Assembly: GCA_018175035.1 (NCBI GenBank)
Contig: GCA_018175035.1_4099.2
From: a phage
Direction: 5' to 3' (one strand)
DNA length: 33,238 nt
The translations under genes and the position numbers were made by a program. Positions within the stretch are counted from its first letter, which is position 1. Every line of letters starts with the position of its first letter. Shown here in pieces: positions 18,326 to 26,308 of the stretch. The notes below the pieces were generated by a model. The model made no database searches. It had not been told where the DNA came from and saw only the letters and a program-made list of their open reading frames with translations.

Positions 18326-18709
18326 GTGTCATTAATTTATTTTGAACTACCAGAATATACCAATTATCCAAGCCGAGTTATTTGCTCAGTTTATAGTAAT
18401 GCATATCATCACTTGTTAGTGAATAGTAATAAAGCTGTGCATTATTATCGAAATAAAGAACCACGTACATTAAAGAATCGTTATGGTTTTGACCCAACTA
18501 ACACTGAAGTTGAACTCTGTGATCTGTTTGGGGAAGTAATGGTGGTGTTGAAACGAGATATTCATCTTTTCCATACATACAAACTTAATCAGTACTTTAT
18601 GGAAACACTGTCTATACGTTCCCATGCTCCGATGATTAAAGTTGATTTGAATTATGTTGATGATAAATTGAAATATGATTTTATAAATTCACTTGTTTAT
18701 TTGGAGTAA
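18326..18709 (+). CDS. Hypothetical protein
   Basis: GTG start 5 nt after GAGAGG SD; 127 aa. Confidence 0.5.
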   Translation: MSLIYFELPEYTNYPSRVICSVYSNAYHHLLVNSNKAVHYYRNKEPRTLKNRYGFDPTNTEVELCDLFGEVMVVLKRDIHLFHTYKLNQYFMETLSIRSHAPMIKVDLNYVDDKLKYDFINSLVYLE

Positions 18710-18710
18710 T

Positions 18711-19115
18711 ATGAATATACGTTCAGTACGAATATTTTCATTTGTTGACATGAATGAAAAACACTCTTATGTGTTTGAAACTGTCAATAAGTTAAATCCT
18801 CATACGGCAAAAATGATTGAAACCATGAAGATCTTGAGTTTGCATATAGAAGTTTACTATCTTCATGACGATTCTGTTTTTGTATATGATGATGGATGGT
18901 ATGACGGTGTGTTTTATGATGACATTAGCACTACTGCTGATTACTACTTTCTAGTGAGTAATCCACTATTCAGTACTAAAACTTTGTTTGACATTACCGA
19001 TACAAGCGTGTATGATACAAGTCATGTTGAGTTACTTAAGTTTGATCCAGTATTATTCAACAAAGAGACGGCGTATTGGATGACTGATTTCTTTTCAAAT
19101 ATTCCAGTAAAATAG
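18711..19115 (+). CDS. Hypothetical protein
   Basis: ATG 18711 after TGGAG SD, directly after upstream TAA. Confidence 0.5.
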   Translation: MNIRSVRIFSFVDMNEKHSYVFETVNKLNPHTAKMIETMKILSLHIEVYYLHDDSVFVYDDGWYDGVFYDDISTTADYYFLVSNPLFSTKTLFDITDTSVYDTSHVELLKFDPVLFNKETAYWMTDFFSNIPVK

Positions 19116-19116
19116 T

Positions 19117-19145
19117 TTGGACATTTTAAATCTTAGTGATATAAT
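19117..19145 (+). promoter_or_regulatory. Sigma70-type promoter TTGGAC-N17-TATAAT with extended -10
   Basis: -35 TTGGAC 19117-19122; 17-bp spacer; TGaTATAAT 19137-19145; about 35 nt upstream of the ClpP gene. Confidence 0.6.
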
Positions 19146-19179
19146 ACTCACAACAACGAAATAATAGAGGAAATTAATA

Positions 19180-19875
19180 ATGGTTGAACAATTCATGTTT
19201 GGTGGTTATGCTAATGGCGAAGTACGTAACATTTCTATTCCTTACGTAGTTGAGAAAGTTAATGGTTCAGAACGTACATATGATCTAGCATCTCGTATGA
19301 TGCAAGACCGTATCATTTTCCTTGATACTGATTTCAATGATCAAATGGCACATATCATCAAACAACAATTGGTATGGTTAGACTCACAAGGTGATTCCCC
19401 TATTACATTCTACATTAGTTCACCGGGTGGTTCAGTACACGCAGGTTTGGGTATTGCAGATGTTGCTAAGTCTTGTATTTCCCCAATTCGCACTGTAGTT
19501 ATGGGTTATGCAGCATCAATGGGTTGCTATACACAATCTGTTATTGGGACTAAAGGTTTCCGTTTAGGTGGTAAACGCTCATACTTCATGTGTCACCAAG
19601 TAAGTTCTGGTACACAAGGTCTAATTACTGACCAGAAGATTTCACTTAAACATTCTGATGCCCTAAACACTCTATTGACTAAAGAAATTGCAGAAGCAGT
19701 TGGTGTATCACACGAACAACTACTGAAAGATGCGGATCGTGACCTGTGGTTGAACGCTGAAGAAGCACTCGAATACGGTGAACATGGTTTCATTGATGGT
19801 ATCATCCTCGGACCACGCAACGAAGAAGGTAAGTATCTCGTCAAACGTCGCGGTGGCGTTGAAGAGTGGGTCTAA
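19180..19875 (+). CDS. clpP: ClpP-family serine protease proteolytic subunit
   Basis: Strong ClpP pattern: YSRMMQDRIIFL, SSPGGSV.AG, catalytic Ser in GYAASMG, His in MCHQ, Asp in DRDLW, C-terminal EALEYG. Confidence 0.85.
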   Translation: MVEQFMFGGYANGEVRNISIPYVVEKVNGSERTYDLASRMMQDRIIFLDTDFNDQMAHIIKQQLVWLDSQGDSPITFYISSPGGSVHAGLGIADVAKSCISPIRTVVMGYAASMGCYTQSVIGTKGFRLGGKRSYFMCHQVSSGTQGLITDQKISLKHSDALNTLLTKEIAEAVGVSHEQLLKDADRDLWLNAEEALEYGEHGFIDGIILGPRNEEGKYLVKRRGGVEEWV

Positions 19876-19889
19876 TTTGAATTTCATTT

Positions 19890-19916
19890 GATGCCTCATT
19901 TGGGGCATCTTATTTC
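19890..19916 (+). terminator. Rho-independent terminator after clpP
   Basis: Stem GATGCCTC / GGGGCATC (8 bp, one G-U), loop ATTT, T-rich tail. Confidence 0.5.
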
Positions 19917-19926
19917 TGGAGATTTT

Positions 19927-20217
19927 ATGAAAGTTCTTGTACGTAATAATACTGAAGTCAATGATGTGTTAGATGATTCAGAGTTTATTAATACCGCATT
20001 AGATCAGATTAGTGCAGTGGCTATTGAATTGAAAGGTGTTGACGAGGCAGAACGAGTACTCAATGGTTTTTCTATTGTTCTCGAATTAATGCAAGAAGTT
20101 CTTATTAAAAAGAACATTAATCCAATTAACGCAGTTCAACACGCAGAAGCTATGCGTCAAGAACATGGCACATTCTCAGATAAAAAATTCATCAGTACTG
20201 ACGAGGGGAAAGAATAA
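19927..20217 (+). CDS. Hypothetical protein
   Basis: ATG 19927 (MKVLVRNN...) after GGAG SD; track start 19888 is TTG inside the terminator. Confidence 0.5.
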   Translation: MKVLVRNNTEVNDVLDDSEFINTALDQISAVAIELKGVDEAERVLNGFSIVLELMQEVLIKKNINPINAVQHAEAMRQEHGTFSDKKFISTDEGKE

Positions 20218-20218
20218 T

Positions 20219-20665
20219 ATGTCTAATGCACAATACAAAGAAGGTTCTGCCGCGTTTAAAAACAAAGTAGTTTTTAACAATGAACAGCTAAAATCACAGC
20301 ACCCATTATTCCGTCAAGGATATCGTGCTGCACAAGCTGAAGCTATGAAGAAAAATAACGTAACCTTCCCAACAACTCTGTATGATATTCCCAAACGTCC
20401 TTCAGTGTTTAAAGCAGAATGGACTGACATTATGGCAGCGACAAAGCGTCCACGTTTTGCTAAATTACACACCGATGAAGGTCGCTGGTTGCTAATGGGG
20501 ATTATGAAAGCAGTTGAGAATCAATCTCATAAGATTGTTCGTTATAAAGATGTTGTTGCTATGGTTGATAAAGCATTTGACCTTGTACTTCAATATGGTT
20601 ATGATGAAGGTGTCCTAACTGTTTCTGATTGTGAAAAATATCAGTACACCCCATATCAAAAATAA
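20219..20665 (+). CDS. Hypothetical protein
   Basis: ATG 20219 directly after upstream TAA, GAGGGGAAAG SD; track start 20165 overlaps upstream gene. Confidence 0.55.
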   Translation: MSNAQYKEGSAAFKNKVVFNNEQLKSQHPLFRQGYRAAQAEAMKKNNVTFPTTLYDIPKRPSVFKAEWTDIMAATKRPRFAKLHTDEGRWLLMGIMKAVENQSHKIVRYKDVVAMVDKAFDLVLQYGYDEGVLTVSDCEKYQYTPYQK

Positions 20666-20676
20666 TATTACAAATA

Positions 20677-20704
20677 GGAATCCAGTACTGGATTCCTCTT
20701 TTTA
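20677..20704 (+). terminator. Rho-independent terminator
   Basis: Perfect inverted repeat GGAATCCAGTACTGGATTCC (centre CAGTACTG) followed by TCTTTTTATT. Confidence 0.6.
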
Positions 20705-20789
20705 TTGCTGTATATCAATTTTCATCGATCAAAAAATGATCTATATAAGCTAAATACCCAAGGAATCATTGTTACTAGGGTAGGTGAAT

Positions 20790-21338
20790 ATGCAGCAATA
20801 TAATTTAACTGAAGAACAAAGTGATATTTTTTATCATCATATGTTTTTAATTGATGAGTTTGCTTTGAAAATTAATTCTGAAGCAATTGATATATTGAAG
20901 AAATGGTATTCATGTTATAATAAAAACAAAAAGTGGTATTGGTTTAATAGAAATTTAAAGTCATTTTTAAAAACAATAACACAAGTTGATAGTGTAGAAA
21001 TGATACATAGTTCAATTGGATATAGTTATTTGACTAAACACAATAATACTATGATGTTATCAGGGTTTAAAGTTGAAAGAATTTCCAAGTTAACAGGTTT
21101 GTCATTAGAAACAATTCTATATGATATTGAGAAAATTTGGAAAACTATAGAATTAATGCATAAAAATATGTCATTCATATATAGAAATTATGATATATTC
21201 ACTGATGTACGACAATATCATAATAAACCGTATGTATTGGATGAAAAGTACTATAATCATATGGAAGTTTGTTCTAAACTCGTTGATGATTGGAATCTAG
21301 AGGGACATAATGAAATACACACACCTAAGTATAGATGA
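20790..21338 (+). CDS. Hypothetical protein (very AT-rich gene)
   Basis: ATG 20790 after GGTAGGTG; track start 20784 is GTG. Confidence 0.5.
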   Translation: MQQYNLTEEQSDIFYHHMFLIDEFALKINSEAIDILKKWYSCYNKNKKWYWFNRNLKSFLKTITQVDSVEMIHSSIGYSYLTKHNNTMMLSGFKVERISKLTGLSLETILYDIEKIWKTIELMHKNMSFIYRNYDIFTDVRQYHNKPYVLDEKYYNHMEVCSKLVDDWNLEGHNEIHTPKYR

Positions 21339-21834
21339 TACTAATATCTGGTTAGATAACATAATCAAGACATTAGAATTAATTAAACTTACATTACAAA
21401 AAACTACAGATATTGAAATTAATATTAAAAAAGAAATATTAAACTATTATCATAGAAACAACTATAGCACGTTTATCTCTAAATTAATTTATGGATTATA
21501 TGATATTGAAGATATTTGCATCGGTTACAGTACTGGTATTTGCTTCACTGTTAATGGTTTAAAAAATGATTTAAATTTCAGACTTTCCGATGAAGAGCAA
21601 GATTTTCGTAGATTTTGTGATAATATTATGGATACAGATAAAATTACATTTGTTATTGAATTAAATCAAACGTGGTCTACATATGCAGATAAACCATTTG
21701 AAATTAATGAAACAGATGTGTTAAACTATATTCGAGTTATGAAAATTCATGATTTGTGTAAAAACGCATTGTTAAGTATTGGAGCTTATAATGAAACATA
21801 CGACTTGGTTGAAGATAGCAGAAGTAGTTGCTGA
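21310..21834 (+). CDS. Hypothetical protein (very AT-rich gene)
   Basis: ATG ORF overlapping both neighbours (29 nt upstream, 44 nt downstream). Confidence 0.45.
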   Translation: MKYTHLSIDDTNIWLDNIIKTLELIKLTLQKTTDIEINIKKEILNYYHRNNYSTFISKLIYGLYDIEDICIGYSTGICFTVNGLKNDLNFRLSDEEQDFRRFCDNIMDTDKITFVIELNQTWSTYADKPFEINETDVLNYIRVMKIHDLCKNALLSIGAYNETYDLVEDSRSSC

Positions 21835-22270
21835 GGAAAGTAAATGTATTTCACAAAAAGTTGGTTGTGTTATTGTTAAAAATAACCGAGTATTGAGTAC
21901 TGGATACAATGGTACTCCATCAAAACAACCAAATTGCTGTGATGTGAATCAACACTTAGTCAATGATGGGCGTTTTCAAGACTGGGTTAGTGATGAAGCA
22001 AAGCATGAACATCATGAGTGGAGTAATATTCATGAAATCCATGCTGAAATGAACGCTTTACTCTATAGTTCTCCTACTGAACGTCAAGGTGCTACTCTTT
22101 ACACAACACTACAACCATGTTATACTTGTTCTAAGTTGATCGCAGGTAGTGGGATTTCACGTGTAATTTATCACAAAAGTTATCCACGAACACCACCTGA
22201 AGCGATTAAAGTACTGGAAGATGCTGGGATTATTGTTAACTGCATTTATGACAAGGGTATGAATCAATGA
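21791..22270 (+). CDS. cd: Deoxycytidylate (dCMP) deaminase
   Basis: Zinc-deaminase motifs HAEMNAL and PCYTCSKLI; N-terminus ...ESKC.S.KVGCVIVKNNRVLSTGYNG resembles T4 Cd as I recall it; ATG after GGAG SD (track start 21779 is TTG). Confidence 0.85.
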   Translation: MKHTTWLKIAEVVAEESKCISQKVGCVIVKNNRVLSTGYNGTPSKQPNCCDVNQHLVNDGRFQDWVSDEAKHEHHEWSNIHEIHAEMNALLYSSPTERQGATLYTTLQPCYTCSKLIAGSGISRVIYHKSYPRTPPEAIKVLEDAGIIVNCIYDKGMNQ

Positions 22271-22521
22271 CATTTATGATTGTTGGATTTCTATCAATAT
22301 TAGTATTATTTTTTATAACAGTAATGTTTGTTATTGATGATAATGACATTTCTCAACGAAACTATGAAGTGCGTTTTTCTGCACAAAATAATAAGTACTA
22401 TATTGTAAACTGTATACACCGTAGTGAGAAAAGGGTAACAAGTAGATTTGGATTTACCATTTATTATAAAGACCGAGTAGAAGCTGACATGATTTGTCAG
22501 AAGCTTAATACTGTAGAATAA
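22267..22521 (+). CDS. Small membrane-anchored protein
   Basis: ATGA overlap with cd; hydrophobic N-terminus. Confidence 0.5.
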   Translation: MTFMIVGFLSILVLFFITVMFVIDDNDISQRNYEVRFSAQNNKYYIVNCIHRSEKRVTSRFGFTIYYKDRVEADMICQKLNTVE

Positions 22522-22550
22522 AAAAAAGGAGCCACAAGGCTCCTTTTTTG
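22520..22550. terminator. Bidirectional Rho-independent terminator between convergent genes
   Basis: A-run, stem AGGAGCC / GGCTCCT, loop ACAA, T-run; symmetric so functional on either strand. Confidence 0.65.
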
Positions 22551-22928
22551 TTAACCAGGGATGTTACAATAATACAAATCCCAAGGGTGATATTTCATTT
22601 CTCCAGTACTCAATTTAATTTTATGAAACTGGAATGATTCGGCAAATGCACTATCATCAATCTTAATACAAAAAGTATTTTTTGCTAAAGTTGGTGCAAT
22701 CTCTAGTGCAGTTTTAGATGCATCTAATCTGATTTTATCTTTATCAAAACTTGTTATAGTTACAAAACGATAAACATTAAAATCAGTGTCGATAAGATCG
22801 TAAACACAACTAGAACGTTGATTAAAGATGTTCAAGTTATATTTCAATTCACCGTTTATATTAGCGGCGGTTACACAAAAGCCGCCGATATTGAATGGTA
22901 ATTTACCTTGTGCTGCTATAGCTTTCAT
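22551..22928 (-). CDS. Hypothetical protein (125 aa); the only convincing minus-strand gene
   Basis: ATG preceded on the minus strand by AGAGGA at 8 nt; stop abuts the bidirectional terminator; competing + strand ORFs here lack SD. Confidence 0.55.
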   Translation of the reverse strand: MKAIAAQGKLPFNIGGFCVTAANINGELKYNLNIFNQRSSCVYDLIDTDFNVYRFVTITSFDKDKIRLDASKTALEIAPTLAKNTFCIKIDDSAFAESFQFHKIKLSTGEMKYHPWDLYYCNIPG

Positions 22929-23080
22929 ATTTTATTTCCTCTTATTAATAAACAACTACTTTTACAGATTGTTGTACCTTTTATATTTACACCGTCAACT
23001 AAATATCCACCTAAAGTGAATGGAAATTGGTCTTGTCCTGCGATTGGTTTTCCCATTAAGGGCACTCCTTATAAAAAAGC

Positions 23081-23110
23081 TTTACATTTGGTATGTGTTT
23101 GTGATAGAAT
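23081..23110 (+). promoter_or_regulatory. Candidate sigma70 promoter TTTACA-N18-TGaTAGAAT
   Basis: -35 TTTACA 23081-23086; extended -10 TGaTAGAAT 23102-23110. Confidence 0.4.
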
Positions 23111-23175
23111 CTTCACAGTGATTGTACTAAGGGGATTATCAGATGAGGGAAATTTGAGTTAAGTACAGAAAAAGT

Positions 23176-23204
23176 TTGACTTAAGTGTTTAAGTACTATA
23201 TTAT
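23176..23204 (+). promoter_or_regulatory. Candidate sigma70 promoter TTGACT-N17-TATTAT
   Basis: -35 TTGACT 23176-23181; -10 TATTAT 23199-23204; about 35 nt upstream of the 23238 gene. Confidence 0.45.
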
Positions 23205-23237
23205 TTATATCTTCCTAACCAAAATTAAGGATTTGTT

Positions 23238-23846
23238 ATGAAAAGACTATGGCTTGAGGTAGTACAAGCAGTAATGCTTCTGATGTTGATAAATTTTCCA
23301 GCCAGTGCTGGTATTGAAAGTAAAAATGTGATAAAGTACAATCCTGAAACACGTAATGTATATTTCATCTCAGATATTACGGATGGGTCACTAAAGCGTA
23401 TGATGGAGTTGTATGATAAAGAACACTATGATACCATTACCATCACATCGCCAGGTGGTGATTTTGATGCTGGGATTAAAATGGCAAACTTCGTTAGAGA
23501 CAATGGTATAAATTTAATTGTTTCTAGGTATTGCAACTCAGCATGTACTGTGGTATTCTTCAGTGTAGCTTTTGAAAAGCGATACATGATAAATCGCTCA
23601 GTACTGGGTCTTCATAACATTTCGATTAAAAGTAATGTTACTGATGGTGATAATTCATTTGTGTCTGTAAGACAGCTATCAACTTTTACCGAAGAAATGG
23701 CAACAAAGGTAGGTTTCCTTTTTTCACTATATGCAGCAAATGGAATCCCACCAGAAGTTCTATTTAGAGTTAGTCGTTCTCGTGGTGAAGATGTTGTAAT
23801 ATTAACAAAACCAGAACTGGTTTTTTACGGTTCAGTCAAACAATAA
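23238..23846 (+). CDS. Secreted (signal-peptide) ClpP/S49-like serine peptidase-fold protein
   Basis: N-terminal hydrophobic signal (LLMLINFPASAG); ClpP-like SPGGDFDAG, then CNSAC and GLHN in ClpP Ser/His positions; AAGGA SD. Confidence 0.55.
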   Translation: MKRLWLEVVQAVMLLMLINFPASAGIESKNVIKYNPETRNVYFISDITDGSLKRMMELYDKEHYDTITITSPGGDFDAGIKMANFVRDNGINLIVSRYCNSACTVVFFSVAFEKRYMINRSVLGLHNISIKSNVTDGDNSFVSVRQLSTFTEEMATKVGFLFSLYAANGIPPEVLFRVSRSRGEDVVILTKPELVFYGSVKQ

Positions 23847-23916
23847 AAATAATTAAAATAACAGGATGATTATGATGTACTTCCTTTGTTATTAATTATA
23901 TTGAGATTATATAACT

Positions 23917-24177
23917 ATGACAAACATCCAAAACTTGACATCTATTATTTTTTATGCTACTGTAGTAATGTATGCTACAGTTATTTTTCTAACAGTTTTC
24001 ATTTACAAAGATTATCGTAATGGCTTTATTGATCCAACTACAATGAAGTTCAATTCAAAATTCGAAGCAATAATTTATTATGTACTATCAACTTCATACT
24101 TGGTGTGCCTAATGTTGTTAGGAGCACTAATTTATATCTTATACACAACATTATTTGCAATTGGAGCTATTTTATGA
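23917..24177 (+). CDS. Small integral membrane protein (two TM helices)
   Basis: ATG ORF; hydrophobic segments. Confidence 0.5.
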   Translation: MTNIQNLTSIIFYATVVMYATVIFLTVFIYKDYRNGFIDPTTMKFNSKFEAIIYYVLSTSYLVCLMLLGALIYILYTTLFAIGAIL

Positions 24178-24767
24178 CCTGTATTATTGCACACACTGAC
24201 GGAGTAAGTTCTTTTATTGCTGGGGATAAGTTAGGAAGCAATGGATTTACAAAAACTGTTCAAACTGAGCCAAAGGTATTCGAGAAAGAATTTATCAAGT
24301 TACATGATGATGGACTAACTAGAACTAAAGAAGTAATGGCATTGGGTTATACTACATCATTTCGTATGGGTCAGTTGTTAAATTATAACCTTAATTTACC
24401 TGAACAAGATGCTAGTCAAACATTTTCACAATATTTGGTTCTTAAAGTTATTCCAATCATTCGTCAAATGTTTAAAGAAGAATGGGGTGCACGAGATGCA
24501 TCACAAGATGTAGGTGGTGGACAATTTATCATTCTCCACAATCATACAATCTATGAAGTTCAAGAAGACTTTTCAGTACTACAACCTAAAACAAGAATTA
24601 CCGCAGTAGGTAGTGGGACATATCATGCAATTGCAGCAATGCAAGCATATATTGAAGTTGAGAACGAATCTAAAAAACCACTACACGAACGTATCAAATC
24701 AATTTTTAAAATTGTTAGTGATAATGTAACAAGCGTAAGCGAAGAGTTTGATGTTTTAAAATATTAA
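24174..24767 (+). CDS. HslV/proteasome beta-subunit-like N-terminal-nucleophile hydrolase
   Basis: ATG 24174 (ATGA overlap, GGAG SD); N-terminus MTCIIAHTDG...IAGD parallels HslV MTTIVSV...IAGD with Thr at position 2; C-terminal AVGSGTYHAIAA parallels HslV AIGSGG.YA.AAA. Confidence 0.7.
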   Translation: MTCIIAHTDGVSSFIAGDKLGSNGFTKTVQTEPKVFEKEFIKLHDDGLTRTKEVMALGYTTSFRMGQLLNYNLNLPEQDASQTFSQYLVLKVIPIIRQMFKEEWGARDASQDVGGGQFIILHNHTIYEVQEDFSVLQPKTRITAVGSGTYHAIAAMQAYIEVENESKKPLHERIKSIFKIVSDNVTSVSEEFDVLKY

Positions 24768-24794
24768 AAGTACTAATATTATAAGAGAGAATAG

Positions 24795-24989
24795 ATGATG
24801 GCATACACAATTTATGAATGGGTTTTGAGTTTTTTTATAGTTTTTTCTATTGTTGTAATTTATAACAATGCTAAATGCTTATATAGAGACTTGAAATCCA
24901 ATGGTTATCACAAAGATAATAATTTTATGTATGCCTATCATATTGGAATCATTCTGTTATTATCAATATATTTAATTGTTTTTTTATAA
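24795..24989 (+). CDS. Small membrane protein
   Basis: ATG ORF; two hydrophobic segments. Confidence 0.4.
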   Translation: MMAYTIYEWVLSFFIVFSIVVIYNNAKCLYRDLKSNGYHKDNNFMYAYHIGIILLLSIYLIVFL

Positions 24990-24998
24990 GGATTGAAT

Positions 24999-25751
24999 AT
25001 GATATCAGAAAAATTTATAAGCAATGAAGGTAAAAAGCGATTACTGATTATATCAGGTGCAGGACTTTCTGTTGAAAGTGGTATGGAACCTTTTCGATTT
25101 GATGATGGTTTGTGGGATACATTTAAAATTAATGATGTATGTAACATTGCTAGTTTAACTACGAAATATCACGTTGTTCATTCCTTCTATAATACATTAC
25201 GTGTAAAATTGGGACAATGCGAACCCAATGCAATGCATTATTTTATAAAATCGTTAGAAGATCAATATGGTGATTGCTTCCTTCATATGACTTCTAACAT
25301 GGACGATCTTTATACTCGTATTGGTGGTCATGAGCTTAAACTTCATGGAAACTTGTGCGAAGTTATTGAAAATTATAGTATCAATTCCGATGATTATAAT
25401 GTTATTAACTGCGGATACGAACCATACATACCAAAACATGATGTTTTTGCTAAACCAAATGTAGTAATGATTGGAGAATATCATCGTTATGTTGATGGTA
25501 TTCGCTTACCAATTTACGAAGAACGAAATAATGTGTTGAAATCTCTTAATGAAAATGATACAGTTATTGTAATTGGTAGTAGCGATACAGTACTGGTATG
25601 GTCGAGATTAGCAGCAGCATTACCATGTTATAGTGTTAATGTTAACATTCGTAAAAATGATAATGATTTTTTGTTTAATGAAAAAGTTATCAAGCCAGCA
25701 ACCAAAGCAATACCGCATCTAGAGACTATAATTAAGGAACGTATGAAATGA
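24999..25751 (+). CDS. Sir2 (sirtuin) family protein, NAD-dependent deacylase / ADP-ribosyltransferase fold
   Basis: Sir2 motifs GAGLSVESGMEPFR (GAGxS...SGxPxFR), TSNMDDL (T/QNxDxL), LHGN, VVMIGE, VIVIGSS; no obvious 4-Cys zinc ribbon; ATG after AAGGA (track start 24993 is TTG). Confidence 0.75.
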   Translation: MISEKFISNEGKKRLLIISGAGLSVESGMEPFRFDDGLWDTFKINDVCNIASLTTKYHVVHSFYNTLRVKLGQCEPNAMHYFIKSLEDQYGDCFLHMTSNMDDLYTRIGGHELKLHGNLCEVIENYSINSDDYNVINCGYEPYIPKHDVFAKPNVVMIGEYHRYVDGIRLPIYEERNNVLKSLNENDTVIVIGSSDTVLVWSRLAAALPCYSVNVNIRKNDNDFLFNEKVIKPATKAIPHLETIIKERMK

Positions 25752-26299
25752 GTGTTAAAGAAGTTCCCTTTGGTGAATATGGCACACGTGCAAATTTTGT
25801 ATTTTGTTATTTCTTTGCAAGAAAATGCAACCCTTACAAAAACTATGAGTTGAATGATATACCAGAAGTAAATTTAGTATTACTGCAATTACGATGGGAT
25901 GGTCTTCTTGGTGGATGTGGTGGAACCGTAGAAAGTACTGATATCTCACTAGAAGATGCGTTGCGTCGTGAAGTTCAAGAAGAAATGGATTACAATATTT
26001 TTGTTTCCCATCTTCGACCACTCAAAACTTTTGAAATTTACCCAGGTGCAAACAGTCACAGTTTTAGCTATGAAGTAACCTATGACGAGTTGAAACACAT
26101 TAGAGATGGATACACTAATGCTAAACATGCAAGTGCAGAAGTTGCTGGTGTAAATTTATGTCATATTTCTCGTTATTCTAAGGGACAAAATCGAGAAGCG
26201 GGATATAATAATCTTATGACACAGAACTTCATCGGTACAGCAAAACAAGAATTGGAGTATCTGGTTCAAAAAGAAAACTTACTAATTAGTTATCTATAG
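25748..26299 (+). CDS. Putative Nudix-fold hydrolase (divergent Nudix box)
   Basis: ATGA overlap with Sir2 gene; GGCGGTVE...LRREVQEEMDY resembles Nudix box Gx5Ex7REUxEExGU with a 4-residue insertion and D in place of the last G. Confidence 0.45.
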   Translation: MSVKEVPFGEYGTRANFVFCYFFARKCNPYKNYELNDIPEVNLVLLQLRWDGLLGGCGGTVESTDISLEDALRREVQEEMDYNIFVSHLRPLKTFEIYPGANSHSFSYEVTYDELKHIRDGYTNAKHASAEVAGVNLCHISRYSKGQNREAGYNNLMTQNFIGTAKQELEYLVQKENLLISYL

Positions 26300-26308
26300 G
26301 AGTTTAAC

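Noticed and set aside
6614-22270. Self-splicing intron or homing endonuclease interrupting the rnlA, pseT, ligase or cd genes
   Set aside because: All four ORFs are continuous and of normal length with motifs in the expected order; no GIY-YIG or HNH ORF is inserted within or beside them.
22828-23162. + strand ORFs 22828..23019 and 22908..23162
   Set aside because: They overlap the start of the minus-strand gene and the promoter-containing intergenic region, have no SD, and are low-complexity.
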